Assembly: GCA_041747555.1 (NCBI GenBank)
Contig: JBGTEY010000003.1
Location: 19,127 to 83,126, forward strand
Direction: 5' to 3'
Length of the DNA: 64,000 nt
Source of the DNA: Patescibacteria group bacterium
Lineage (GTDB): Bacteria; Patescibacteriota; Microgenomatia; UBA1400; PJMF01
Below are positions 40,156 to 49,477 of the stretch, in pieces. Each line of letters starts with the position of its first letter. Within the stretch, counting starts at the first letter, position 1. The translations under genes and the position numbers were made by a program. The notes under the pieces were generated by a model. That model did not search any database and was not told the origin of the DNA. It saw only the letters and a list, made by a program, of their open reading frames with translations.

Positions 40156-41823
40156 ATGGTCGACGACTCAACGACAGTTACTGTAGTGCCTGAAAATACT
40201 CAACCTGAACATCAGGGGGAGATGCTCGAACCTGGGTACACCAAAATCGATTCAATTCCACAATTTAGCCAAGCGCTTACTCGAGATGAGGTGTATGAAA
40301 TATTGGCACGCATTGGCAATATTTACACCAGCAAAGGGTTGATTGGCCAACAAACAATATATTTAAAAACCGAGAACAGCCCGGGCTGGGAAGAGTTCAT
40401 TAGTGAGGATGTATCTACCACTTCCCGCAGCGATAGGAAGGGGTCGCAGCCACTCAGATACAGCACGCTCTTCAGTCTTTTTGGCGCACTTGGTTTTTGG
40501 CTCAAGAATCATGGCTATCCTAAGTTAACTGAGTTTAGCAACCCCACAACCTGGATGCGTCAAATGATGCTTGAGGGGGAGGTGGATAGAGAAACCAACT
40601 CAATTTCTGAACTTTCGCTCTCAAACAGTGAGCAGTTACATGAGACCGCCCTCCGCCTGTATCAAGCAGCGCTGAGAATAGAAAATAACGACCCAAGCAC
40701 ACCAAAAACCACAAGCGCACAGCTCTTTCCCAAAACCGATCTCGTTTTAGCGTTCGCAAACTACATAGATCTACCAGAAAAAGAGGATGAAGAGACAGAT
40801 CCTGAAAGCGGTGGTGAAGCTGGTGATGACGTCGCAGTCACCGATGACACGCTCCAGGCGCAAGTTTCTCAACCCCAAGTTGCCCCACAAGAAACGCAAA
40901 CACCAGAAGAAACAGCGACACAAACCCCAAGCTCCGAGCGAGCACGAAAAATTAGATACGAATCAGCCTGGCTATATAACCGAGCGTTAGCCGATCTATT
41001 TTATAGCAATGGTATTCAACTTGATCAAATTCCCGCAGATTTAAGAGCTCAACTTCTCGCAGAAGTCACCATGCTTGCCAGCCAACAAAGCGACGAGGCC
41101 CTCGCGCTCATCTTTGCCAGTCCAAGCAAGCGCCAAGCACTACTCAATCAGCTGTACGGCAGACTACAAGCATCACCCTATTTTTCCAAGCTAAGTGCTT
41201 TTTACACCCAAAGACTCAATGAAACCACTGACCCACAACAAAAGAAAGAGCTCGAAGTAAAGGTAGAGCAAAACCTGGGACCAATATCTGGCGGGGCTGT
41301 CGTAATTACTTCCATACAACCCCAAAATCAAGAAGACATTCTTGAAATGTCGATTCAAGAGATATTGCACTCTGATAACCCAGTTGTCATAAGAAACATC
41401 AGGCGCACTATTGACTCATTTGTTCATGCATACGGCGTTAATTCCGTAATTCCAGATGATGAAGAAAGAGCTCGTCGCCAAGCACAAAACCCAGCTGATG
41501 CTCTCTGGTTTATTCATACGCTTTCAAAAGGCAAAATTGCACTAATTTTTCAGATTGAACAAAATCTCAGTGCCAGAGATGTTTCTCGACTTAAGGAGCT
41601 ACTCTCTGACTATGCAGTTGTTACCGCCACCGAACGTATTCTCGACGGTCGATCAATTGGAATTGCGTATGGCGCCTTTCCGATTACAGCAGTAGAGCAA
41701 CAAGCGCTTATTGGTGGTGGTGAAAAAGCTGAGCAAGTTTTTTCACAGCATGTACGAGTAATCAATGACGTTCGACAATTAGTTGCTGAAACAGATGGTG
41801 GCGTCGTTGCAGCTGCACTTTAG
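40156..41823 (+). CDS. Hypothetical protein; 5' part of a longer frame interrupted by one TAG
   Basis: TATAAT 7 nt before ATG; ends at TAG 41821-41823, in frame with the next ORF. Confidence 0.7.
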   Translation: MVDDSTTVTVVPENTQPEHQGEMLEPGYTKIDSIPQFSQALTRDEVYEILARIGNIYTSKGLIGQQTIYLKTENSPGWEEFISEDVSTTSRSDRKGSQPLRYSTLFSLFGALGFWLKNHGYPKLTEFSNPTTWMRQMMLEGEVDRETNSISELSLSNSEQLHETALRLYQAALRIENNDPSTPKTTSAQLFPKTDLVLAFANYIDLPEKEDEETDPESGGEAGDDVAVTDDTLQAQVSQPQVAPQETQTPEETATQTPSSERARKIRYESAWLYNRALADLFYSNGIQLDQIPADLRAQLLAEVTMLASQQSDEALALIFASPSKRQALLNQLYGRLQASPYFSKLSAFYTQRLNETTDPQQKKELEVKVEQNLGPISGGAVVITSIQPQNQEDILEMSIQEILHSDNPVVIRNIRRTIDSFVHAYGVNSVIPDDEERARRQAQNPADALWFIHTLSKGKIALIFQIEQNLSARDVSRLKELLSDYAVVTATERILDGRSIGIAYGAFPITAVEQQALIGGGEKAEQVFSQHVRVINDVRQLVAETDGGVVAAAL

Positions 41824-41910
41824 CGGAATAACTCAGAGGGGTTTAGAGAAGTCGAATATAAAATATTTCTCCCTCTCTGGAATAGTCTCTCTCCAGCAGA
41901 GCAAAGATTT

Positions 41911-44900
41911 GTGTATCAAAAATTTAATATACCTTTCAAAAAATTCGAGAATAAACTCGACTCTCTACCGCTTATTGAACAATTTTTCTCATTTAGATTA
42001 AAAGACTTGGATAGATTTAGAGCACTGAGTGAGCTTGAGCAAGAGGCGGTCATTTCTGGCAAGATTAGCCAGCTGCAATCATCTACAAGTGCGATAACCG
42101 CACTTGAAAAAAAACTCGAAGAAACTCACCGATTGTCGCTCGCTCCACCCACCGGCATTGGCCTTGCCTTAGAAAAATTATCTGCTCTTGAGAGAGATAT
42201 TTTAAGACTCGGCCAGACGTTACCTGCAGGCTCCCCAGAACTTAGTCGACTTCAGCAATCGGTGGCAATTGCTCGAGTCCAACTAGAAAAACAACGCACT
42301 GCAACTGCTCGTTTTATTGATGTTGACTTTCAGTCTCAAGCTGGTCTTGCGGCTCTGAAATCAAGACTCGATCCCTTAGCGCAAGATCAGTCTCGAGTTG
42401 GTGCAGAGATAGACACAATAAAATCTCAAGTAGGAGGGCTTGAACAGTCGGTTTCTCGATTTGAAAGCACAACCAGCCCAACATTTATTGCTCAAACAGA
42501 AGCAGCTACCACACTTCATCAACTTCGCAATAAACTTTTGCGCCAAATAGAGCGGTCTCCATCAAGTGTTCAATTGCGAGATATTGAATCAGCTATTCAA
42601 CACATAGAGCAGCTTATAACCACTGAACAACAAGCAGTTAGACAAGCTGAAGTTGGTGGAATAGATTCTAGCTCAACTTCGCAACCTACCCAAAGCATGG
42701 GCAAGAAACTACTAGATCAAGCCCCTTCGGTCAAAGCTCTCGAAGAACTCAGGGGGCAACTCAAATCAATCTTACGGAGGCGTGGTCGTGATCAAACAGT
42801 GGTAAGGGAAATACAAGAGCAAATTACCGCTGTTCATGAGCGGTTAATCAATTTAAACAGAGCTCGGCAGGCAGCATTTGGTCAAGGAAATACCGCTTCA
42901 CTTTCTGCTCTCGCTGCTATTCGAACCGATCTAGATGCATTGGGCGACCGACAACCGCGAACTTTATCCGCTATCCAAGCTATTAAGGGTCAGGTAGGAA
43001 CGATTGAGCGAAAAGTAATCGAAGATCAAAATAATTCCAGCTCCCCACTTGAGGCACAAACAGATGCAATTTTATCACTCGGGCAACTCAGAACCCAACT
43101 CGAACATCAAATAAAACTATCACCTTCGAACTCTAAACTGCGCAGGATAGAAAATGCAATTCAAAAAATAGAACAGCAAATAATTCGTGAGCAACGCGCT
43201 ATTAAGAGAATTGAGGCTGGAAACAATGATCCCAATTCAATTAATACCGTTGTCTCAAGCGCAGGAGTTAGTTTTTTTGAACAATCACCCTCAATTATCG
43301 CTCTTGAGGAGCTAAAAAACCAACTACGACTGCTCTCTGGCATGCAGGATCAATATCGCATGGAGGTCATCGATATTCAACAAAAGATTTCTGCAGTTCA
43401 TAAACGATTAGAAGACACGCGGAGATCACTTGCAATTCCTTTCGAATTGTCTGGGCTCAGCGAGAAGGACATAGAAGTCGCTACACTTCTTGAACTAGTT
43501 AGAGCTCATGAAAAAAATCGACTATCTATTGAAGTGGCTGCAGGGATAAGAGAAAAGCTCCTTCAGGGTAGAAGCGCGCAGGAGATCGCACTATTGCTTG
43601 CATATCTGGAGCAAGGGAGTCGCGTGAGTTTGGGATATCAGGATAGCGCGGGCGATGGTGCATATGACGTTGGGAGTTTAGATGATTACAGCTTGAGTGC
43701 AATTGCTGGAGCTGACGAAATGCTCTCTGAGGGTGGTGGTGCATCGACTGGAATTGCTCAAAGATTTAACAATTGGCGTCATGGGAGTAACCGATCAAAA
43801 TTACAAAGAGGTTTTAATTACGCGACCAACAAATTAATGTCTCGAGGTGCGCAAGCGCTGTCTCCATGGGCAGCGGGTGCGCTCGCCATATCAAACAGAT
43901 TAATTGGTGAAGAAAATACCAATCGAGTTATCGGTGGCACACTCGCACTCATGATTGGTACCACCGTTGCCGCACTCAGCTCTTGGGGAGGCCGAATTGG
44001 CGCTCTCCTTGGTGGAACCCTTGGTGGTGTGGTGGGCTCGTATGTACCGGTCTTGGGCACAGCTGTTGGCGCAGTAGGCGGTGGTATCGCGGGTGGCTTG
44101 GCTGGGCATGTCTATATTCAGCCAGTTCTGGATAAAATTTTTGGCACCGGAACAGCGGAGTCAAGCGCGGGCTTTTCTGGTGCAAACTTAGGGAACCTCA
44201 ATCTTGGATCGCCTTCTGTGGCAGGTCAACTTCCGGGCGGAGTTGGTGCCAGCACTGGTTTGGGTGTCTCGAGCTCAGCAACACCTGGGGTAACTTTGGG
44301 TTCTAGTGGAGCCACTACTGCTGCTATGGCACCAACGCTGGGCACGGTTGCAGGCACCGGAGGTGCTGGTGTCGCGAGTGCCGGACTTACAGGAGCGGGC
44401 AATGCTGGATTAGGCACAGGAGTGGGCGCCACCCAGGCTAGTATTTGGGAAACATTAGTTAAATCACTGGGTGAGTTCTCTGTTGGAACTGTAGCACCCA
44501 TAGGCGCGATGGTGTTTGGCATAACATCGTTCACATTCACAATGTGGATTATTTTTGCTGCATTTTTAGCACCACTTCCCCTTGAGCCAGGCGCTGGATC
44601 TCAAACTCCGGGGTTTATCGAGGGATTTCAAGGATGTTGGCCGACAACGGGCACAATTAGCGGATATTTAACGTATTCATCTGATGGATCACAGCATGCA
44701 ACTATGCCAGGTGGATATGGTGGATTTGCTGGGCCAGGCACTGCTATCGATATTTCTACCGGTAGCAATCAGCCACCAATTTACTCCCCGTATTCTGGTA
44801 CAGCTGATTTTTATCCCAATGGTCATGGAATAAGCACTCTATACGGTACTCATGTGGTTCTCACCACCCCTGATTTTGTAATTATTTTTGCTCACATGAG

Positions 44901-45918
44901 AGATTTTGGTTCCGCAGCTACGATGAATGGACCAACAATGGATGTACCAATCATAGCTGGCCAACAAATAGGATTTGTAAATAGTACGGGCAACTCCACC
45001 GGAAACCACCTCCACTATGAAGTAATAGGAGACCCACCCATTACTATCCTAAGTCTTTTGCCTCTGAGCAACAGTTTTAAACAAGCTATCACTGTGAGTG
45101 AAGAAACAATTTTTGGTCTCCCCGTCAGCTCCACCGACTGCGCAATTAAAAATCTTGGTGATGCAACAGGGTTTATGGCCATCGGACCAAAAGAGATAAA
45201 TAATTTATTAATGTCTAGCACTGCAGAAATCAATCAAGGACCAATTAGAACCTGCACTTGGCAACAAAATCGAAATCTAGAAGCTGCAATTAATGCAAAC
45301 TTCTTTAATGCCAGTTTACTCCCCGTTGGTATTGCAGGAAACAATCCTGCCAAGTACTGGGAGAATGCAGATAATAGAGACATCACTTTTATTGAACAAA
45401 TGCAATCATTAGTGGTAACCTCTTCAACCGACTCAATCATTATGACCAGACCAGATCCCGACTTAGCGTATTCTCCCGCGAATGACTTTCCAATTGATCT
45501 ACCCGAATATAGCTCCGGCATCACCGGTCTCTATGTTGAGGGTGATAGCAGCACAAGTGATGTAAGGAATAGAACGCTAATAGGAACTGGAGTTGCTTCT
45601 GCTGATTGCTCAACTGAGTACGCAGGTGATGAGGTGATCTTCCTCCTAGTAATGAATAGCGCGACATTTGATGAAATTGAGCAAGAGGCTAGACGATGCG
45701 GAGCTACCGAAGTTATTCATCTCGATGGTGGTGGTTCAAGTGCATTTTGCACGAATGATCCTAACTACAATTTCGCGACAACAACTCCTGTTCCGGTAAA
45801 TGTTGGACTGTACCGCGCTGAGTTATTTTCAATTATTGAGGAAGATGGCGAGACCATCATTCAACCAGAACCAGGTGGAGGCGCGAACGACCCCGAACCA
45901 CCAATCGCACCAATCTAA
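41911..45918 (+). CDS. Coiled-coil / glycine-zipper / TM / M23 peptidase / phosphodiester-glycosidase (NAGPA-like) protein; putative T4SS cell-wall hydrolase
   Basis: M23 motifs H..AIDI, YGTHV, FAHM, STGNSTGNHLHYEV; NAGPA-like AAINANFF, RTLIG, HLDGGGSS; probably the 3' part of a frame starting at 40156. Confidence 0.75.
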   Translation: MYQKFNIPFKKFENKLDSLPLIEQFFSFRLKDLDRFRALSELEQEAVISGKISQLQSSTSAITALEKKLEETHRLSLAPPTGIGLALEKLSALERDILRLGQTLPAGSPELSRLQQSVAIARVQLEKQRTATARFIDVDFQSQAGLAALKSRLDPLAQDQSRVGAEIDTIKSQVGGLEQSVSRFESTTSPTFIAQTEAATTLHQLRNKLLRQIERSPSSVQLRDIESAIQHIEQLITTEQQAVRQAEVGGIDSSSTSQPTQSMGKKLLDQAPSVKALEELRGQLKSILRRRGRDQTVVREIQEQITAVHERLINLNRARQAAFGQGNTASLSALAAIRTDLDALGDRQPRTLSAIQAIKGQVGTIERKVIEDQNNSSSPLEAQTDAILSLGQLRTQLEHQIKLSPSNSKLRRIENAIQKIEQQIIREQRAIKRIEAGNNDPNSINTVVSSAGVSFFEQSPSIIALEELKNQLRLLSGMQDQYRMEVIDIQQKISAVHKRLEDTRRSLAIPFELSGLSEKDIEVATLLELVRAHEKNRLSIEVAAGIREKLLQGRSAQEIALLLAYLEQGSRVSLGYQDSAGDGAYDVGSLDDYSLSAIAGADEMLSEGGGASTGIAQRFNNWRHGSNRSKLQRGFNYATNKLMSRGAQALSPWAAGALAISNRLIGEENTNRVIGGTLALMIGTTVAALSSWGGRIGALLGGTLGGVVGSYVPVLGTAVGAVGGGIAGGLAGHVYIQPVLDKIFGTGTAESSAGFSGANLGNLNLGSPSVAGQLPGGVGASTGLGVSSSATPGVTLGSSGATTAAMAPTLGTVAGTGGAGVASAGLTGAGNAGLGTGVGATQASIWETLVKSLGEFSVGTVAPIGAMVFGITSFTFTMWIIFAAFLAPLPLEPGAGSQTPGFIEGFQGCWPTTGTISGYLTYSSDGSQHATMPGGYGGFAGPGTAIDISTGSNQPPIYSPYSGTADFYPNGHGISTLYGTHVVLTTPDFVIIFAHMRDFGSAATMNGPTMDVPIIAGQQIGFVNSTGNSTGNHLHYEVIGDPPITILSLLPLSNSFKQAITVSEETIFGLPVSSTDCAIKNLGDATGFMAIGPKEINNLLMSSTAEINQGPIRTCTWQQNRNLEAAINANFFNASLLPVGIAGNNPAKYWENADNRDITFIEQMQSLVVTSSTDSIIMTRPDPDLAYSPANDFPIDLPEYSSGITGLYVEGDSSTSDVRNRTLIGTGVASADCSTEYAGDEVIFLLVMNSATFDEIEQEARRCGATEVIHLDGGGSSAFCTNDPNYNFATTTPVPVNVGLYRAELFSIIEEDGETIIQPEPGGGANDPEPPIAPI
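42340..43430 (+). repeat. Diverged internal tandem repeat, two copies of about 188 aa
   Basis: IKSQVG (42418) and IKGQVG (42982) are 564 nt apart; paired SPS..LR.IE.AIQ.IEQ.I..EQ.A and PS..ALEEL..QL..I.AVH.RL. Confidence 0.8.
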
Positions 45919-45935
45919 GGTGTACTATACTAACA

Positions 45936-46919
45936 ATGACCATGGAAAAGATTCGTACCATCATCAGATGGTTTAAAGCACTACCAATCCAATTCAAACT
46001 CTTCGTATTTGTTGTGGTACTCTTGGCGATCTCAGGTATTTTGCGCCTGATTACCCCAGAAGTAACGCCAGAATCTATATTACTCCCAATTACGTCGGGG
46101 GTGGTGGGGCCAAAATCACTAGAGTCTGTGACTATATCTGGCGACCTCCCTCAACTTTCAGAGGAAGTTCCACTCTATCAGGGTGCAAACGCCACCGTTT
46201 CACCTGTTGAATTTGCTACATTTCTTGCTTCACAATTTGGTTTACCCAAATCGAGAGAACTTCCCAACCGATGGGTGGATTCTGAGAGCGGCATTTCTAT
46301 AGACTACAGGGATTACAGTAAACAAATTTTATATCTCCAGTACTTTGAAGAAACAGATGAAAATGCAACGCCCAACCGTGAGCAAGCCATCTCAGTTGCA
46401 GAAACCTTCATCAAAGACACGCTTGGGATTGAAAATGTTTCCCCTCAAATTGCTAATGTGCAGTTTCATGGTGAAGAATCTGTTGTTACTCAAGCAAACG
46501 CCACCCATGTTGTCGTGCCATTTGTTTTTGCCATAGATGGAATTCAAACGTACTACGAGGGAGCAAGGGACACATACGCACTGGTCTACATAGATGCAGA
46601 ATCTAGAGTAGTCAAGGCAGAATTTTTCACCCCACCGCCAAATCCGACGCAGTATGCAGTTGCAGATCCTCTCAATAAAAATACCCTCGAGCGATCAATT
46701 AAATCTGGAAATGGAGAAATAATCGGTTCAACAAGTGTACAGCGTTTCACCATTACTGACTTACAAAATCTCGATATACAACTTATTGAACTGGAGTACC
46801 GATACTCGGTTCGAGATAATCGATTTTACCCGTACTTTCGCATGATTGGAGACGGCGAAACAGCCGACGGCACGATCGCGCGGGTGACTCTCATTCACCC
46901 AGCAGTGGAACTCCAGTAG
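45936..46919 (+). CDS. Single-pass membrane protein with large extracytoplasmic domain (T4SS cluster)
   Basis: N-terminal TM then about 280 aa of soluble sequence; lies between the hydrolase and PrgI genes. Confidence 0.75.
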   Translation: MTMEKIRTIIRWFKALPIQFKLFVFVVVLLAISGILRLITPEVTPESILLPITSGVVGPKSLESVTISGDLPQLSEEVPLYQGANATVSPVEFATFLASQFGLPKSRELPNRWVDSESGISIDYRDYSKQILYLQYFEETDENATPNREQAISVAETFIKDTLGIENVSPQIANVQFHGEESVVTQANATHVVVPFVFAIDGIQTYYEGARDTYALVYIDAESRVVKAEFFTPPPNPTQYAVADPLNKNTLERSIKSGNGEIIGSTSVQRFTITDLQNLDIQLIELEYRYSVRDNRFYPYFRMIGDGETADGTIARVTLIHPAVELQ

Positions 46920-46940
46920 AATCTTGGGTATCATAGACCT

Positions 46941-48158
46941 ATGCGCGAGCACCCAATTCCCACAGATATCACCAACTATCGTTTTCATATAATCGGAACG
47001 ATGACGCTCAAGCAGTTTGGTGAGGTTGCGCTCGGAGTAATTGTCGCGTTTTTGCTGTACATGACCAATTTGCCTGTGGTAGTTAAATGGCCATTGATCA
47101 TTTTTTCAGTCGGACTTGGGGGGGCTGCTGCCTTCATCCCTATTGCCGAGCGTCCGCTCGATCACTGGATCGTGACATTCTATAAAGCACTTTACAAACC
47201 CACTCAATTTTTCTGGAAACGAACAGAGCGAATTCCAGAACCTTTCCTATTTAAACCACGTGATAATGAAAAACCTCAAGAAGAAGAGCTTGATTTAACA
47301 CCCTACAAGCGTCAGAGAATTAAAGAATATCTTCACTCTGTTCCCTCTGAAACACCCTATAGTCCTTCGTTTACAGAAGATGAAACTGCCAGAATGCAAA
47401 GTATTCTTGACTCATTTTCAACAACGCCCGTAACTTCCACATCGTCAACGCCAATTCGTGAAAACGCCGTCAAACCAACGCTTTCGGTAAGGGTGCGGGA
47501 CATTCGAGCACCAGAATCTAACGATCTTACTACACCAATTCTTTCCCAAGCAGCACCGACTACTGCCATTCTTCCTCAAGCAACTGAAGAATCTCCCATA
47601 AGCCCAGCAGCACTTTTTGAAACATCAGAATTACTACCCGATCAAGAACAAAGCGCGAGCAAACGCTTGATTGACCAAACACCTCAAGTATCCACACCGT
47701 CAGAACTCAACCAAACCCATCAAGATCACACTATTATTCATTCAACACAAGATACTAAAACTAATACACCAACTGTCGAAATAGCCGCTGATGAGATAAT
47801 TCAAGTTGCGGCACCCTCGCGCACCTCAAGTCAATCAAGGCATATTCCTGAAAGTACCACCAACGACGACGATCTCTCCTTATTTCCAGATCTTCCAACA
47901 GAACCAAACAAAATTGTTGGTATAGTGGTCACTCAAAACAATGAACTTATCCCCGAAGCAATTATTGAAGTAAAAAATGACCGTGGAGAAGTGCAGCGGG
48001 CTGTAAAAACTAATGCCTTGGGTCAATTTTTCATCACAACTCCTCTCATGGATGGTGATTACACGATAACAATTGAAAAAGAAGACTTTGTATTTGAGCC
48101 GTATCAAATTCAACTCAGTGGCCAAGTCGTTCGCCCGATCAAAATACAGAGCTTGTAA
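46941..48158 (+). CDS. PrgI-family (VirB3-like) protein with low-complexity linker and C-terminal carboxypeptidase-regulatory-like beta domain
   Basis: HPIPTDITNYRFHIIGTMTLKQF, two TMs, ERPLDHW..P..FFW; C-terminal KTNALGQF..GDYTITIEK. Confidence 0.82.
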   Translation: MREHPIPTDITNYRFHIIGTMTLKQFGEVALGVIVAFLLYMTNLPVVVKWPLIIFSVGLGGAAAFIPIAERPLDHWIVTFYKALYKPTQFFWKRTERIPEPFLFKPRDNEKPQEEELDLTPYKRQRIKEYLHSVPSETPYSPSFTEDETARMQSILDSFSTTPVTSTSSTPIRENAVKPTLSVRVRDIRAPESNDLTTPILSQAAPTTAILPQATEESPISPAALFETSELLPDQEQSASKRLIDQTPQVSTPSELNQTHQDHTIIHSTQDTKTNTPTVEIAADEIIQVAAPSRTSSQSRHIPESTTNDDDLSLFPDLPTEPNKIVGIVVTQNNELIPEAIIEVKNDRGEVQRAVKTNALGQFFITTPLMDGDYTITIEKEDFVFEPYQIQLSGQVVRPIKIQSL

Positions 48159-48193
48159 ACAAACCTCTGTCTGAAGTACAGTACACATAGGAT

Positions 48194-49474
48194 ATGCCAG
48201 ACACCACAATTCAATCTACCACTCAGCAATTTCTTGATATTTACGACATAACCAATAATTTGTTGATTATGAAAAATGGCACAACATCGGTCGTAATTAC
48301 CGTTGATGCTATGAATTTTGGTCTCCTTGCTGAAGAAGAACAGGATGGAATCATGTATGCCTATGCTGGTTTACTAAATTCTCTCAACTACCCTATTCAA
48401 ATTGTCATTAAGTCACAAACCAAGGACGTAACAGGATACTTACACCTCCTTCAAGAACAAGAAGAAAAAACCACAAACAGAACAATTCAAAAAAGAATTC
48501 GTGAATATCGTGAATTTGTTGCCAATCTTATTCATGATCGAAATGTGCTTGATAAGAAATTTTATGTTGTTATTCCTGCAACTTCTCTCGAGCTAGGGTT
48601 GCTTTCTGCACAATCTGTACTACCTGGGTCAAGTGAGTTTGACATAACTAAATATGAAAAAACGATGATTATTGAGAAAGCGCTCAATATCTTAGAGCCT
48701 AAGCGAGATCATCTCATTTCACAATTCTCTCGAATTGGATTATTCTCAAAGCAACTTACCACACAAGAACTAATTCAGTTATTCTATGTAAGTTACAACC
48801 CTGAAGCAATTGAGGGACAACAACTTGCAGACACTAAAAATTACACAACACCGCTCGTGACGACCGGTGCAAAAAGGGCATTTATGAACGACCAACCCTC
48901 CGTCCAACCACAAACTACTCCTAACACTCCTCAAGAGAGTACGCCTCTAGATACTACATCTCAGAGTCCCGCGCAGAATCAGGTGTCAAATACTCAGCAA
49001 CCAGAAACCACCGCACCAATGTCTACTACGCAACCAGCGACTCCAGAGCAACTCACTCAGGATCCAAGTGCGTTTACTCAGCCTACTTCACCAGTAGTAA
49101 ATACAGTGGAATCTCCTCAACCACAACCTACATCACCACCAGAACCAATTGCGATTGAGACACCACCACCGATTACTTCACCAACACCAGTCGCTCCACC
49201 CGCACCACCAACTTCTTCAACGATGCCAACTACGACACCACCCTCCGCGGATTCATTATCGCAATCTATGATGTCAACACCGCCAACTCCATCAGCAGAA
49301 CCAGTTGCCACAACACAAGAACCAACCATTGCTCAAGAAGAAATTAATAAAACTCTTGGACAACTCAACTCCATGGATGCGGCAAACAATATGACACCCC
49401 CAGCTCAAGGTGGGGACTCTGTGGACAATGCCGGTGCTCAACCAGGCGACAAGGACGCACTACCAGAAATATAA
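48194..49474 (+). CDS. VirB4/TraC N-terminal-like T4SS component with Pro/Thr/Gln-rich tail
   Basis: STTQQFLDI, NFGLLAEEEQDGIMYAYAGLLNSLNYPIQI, KKFYVVIP, ELIQLFYVSYNP. Confidence 0.72.
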   Translation: MPDTTIQSTTQQFLDIYDITNNLLIMKNGTTSVVITVDAMNFGLLAEEEQDGIMYAYAGLLNSLNYPIQIVIKSQTKDVTGYLHLLQEQEEKTTNRTIQKRIREYREFVANLIHDRNVLDKKFYVVIPATSLELGLLSAQSVLPGSSEFDITKYEKTMIIEKALNILEPKRDHLISQFSRIGLFSKQLTTQELIQLFYVSYNPEAIEGQQLADTKNYTTPLVTTGAKRAFMNDQPSVQPQTTPNTPQESTPLDTTSQSPAQNQVSNTQQPETTAPMSTTQPATPEQLTQDPSAFTQPTSPVVNTVESPQPQPTSPPEPIAIETPPPITSPTPVAPPAPPTSSTMPTTTPPSADSLSQSMMSTPPTPSAEPVATTQEPTIAQEEINKTLGQLNSMDAANNMTPPAQGGDSVDNAGAQPGDKDALPEI

Positions 49475-49477
49475 ACG

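Noticed and set aside
41783-42001. 72-aa ORF bridging the two large ORFs, suggesting a frameshift
   Set aside because: The flanking ORFs are already in the same frame, separated by a single TAG, so no frameshift is needed
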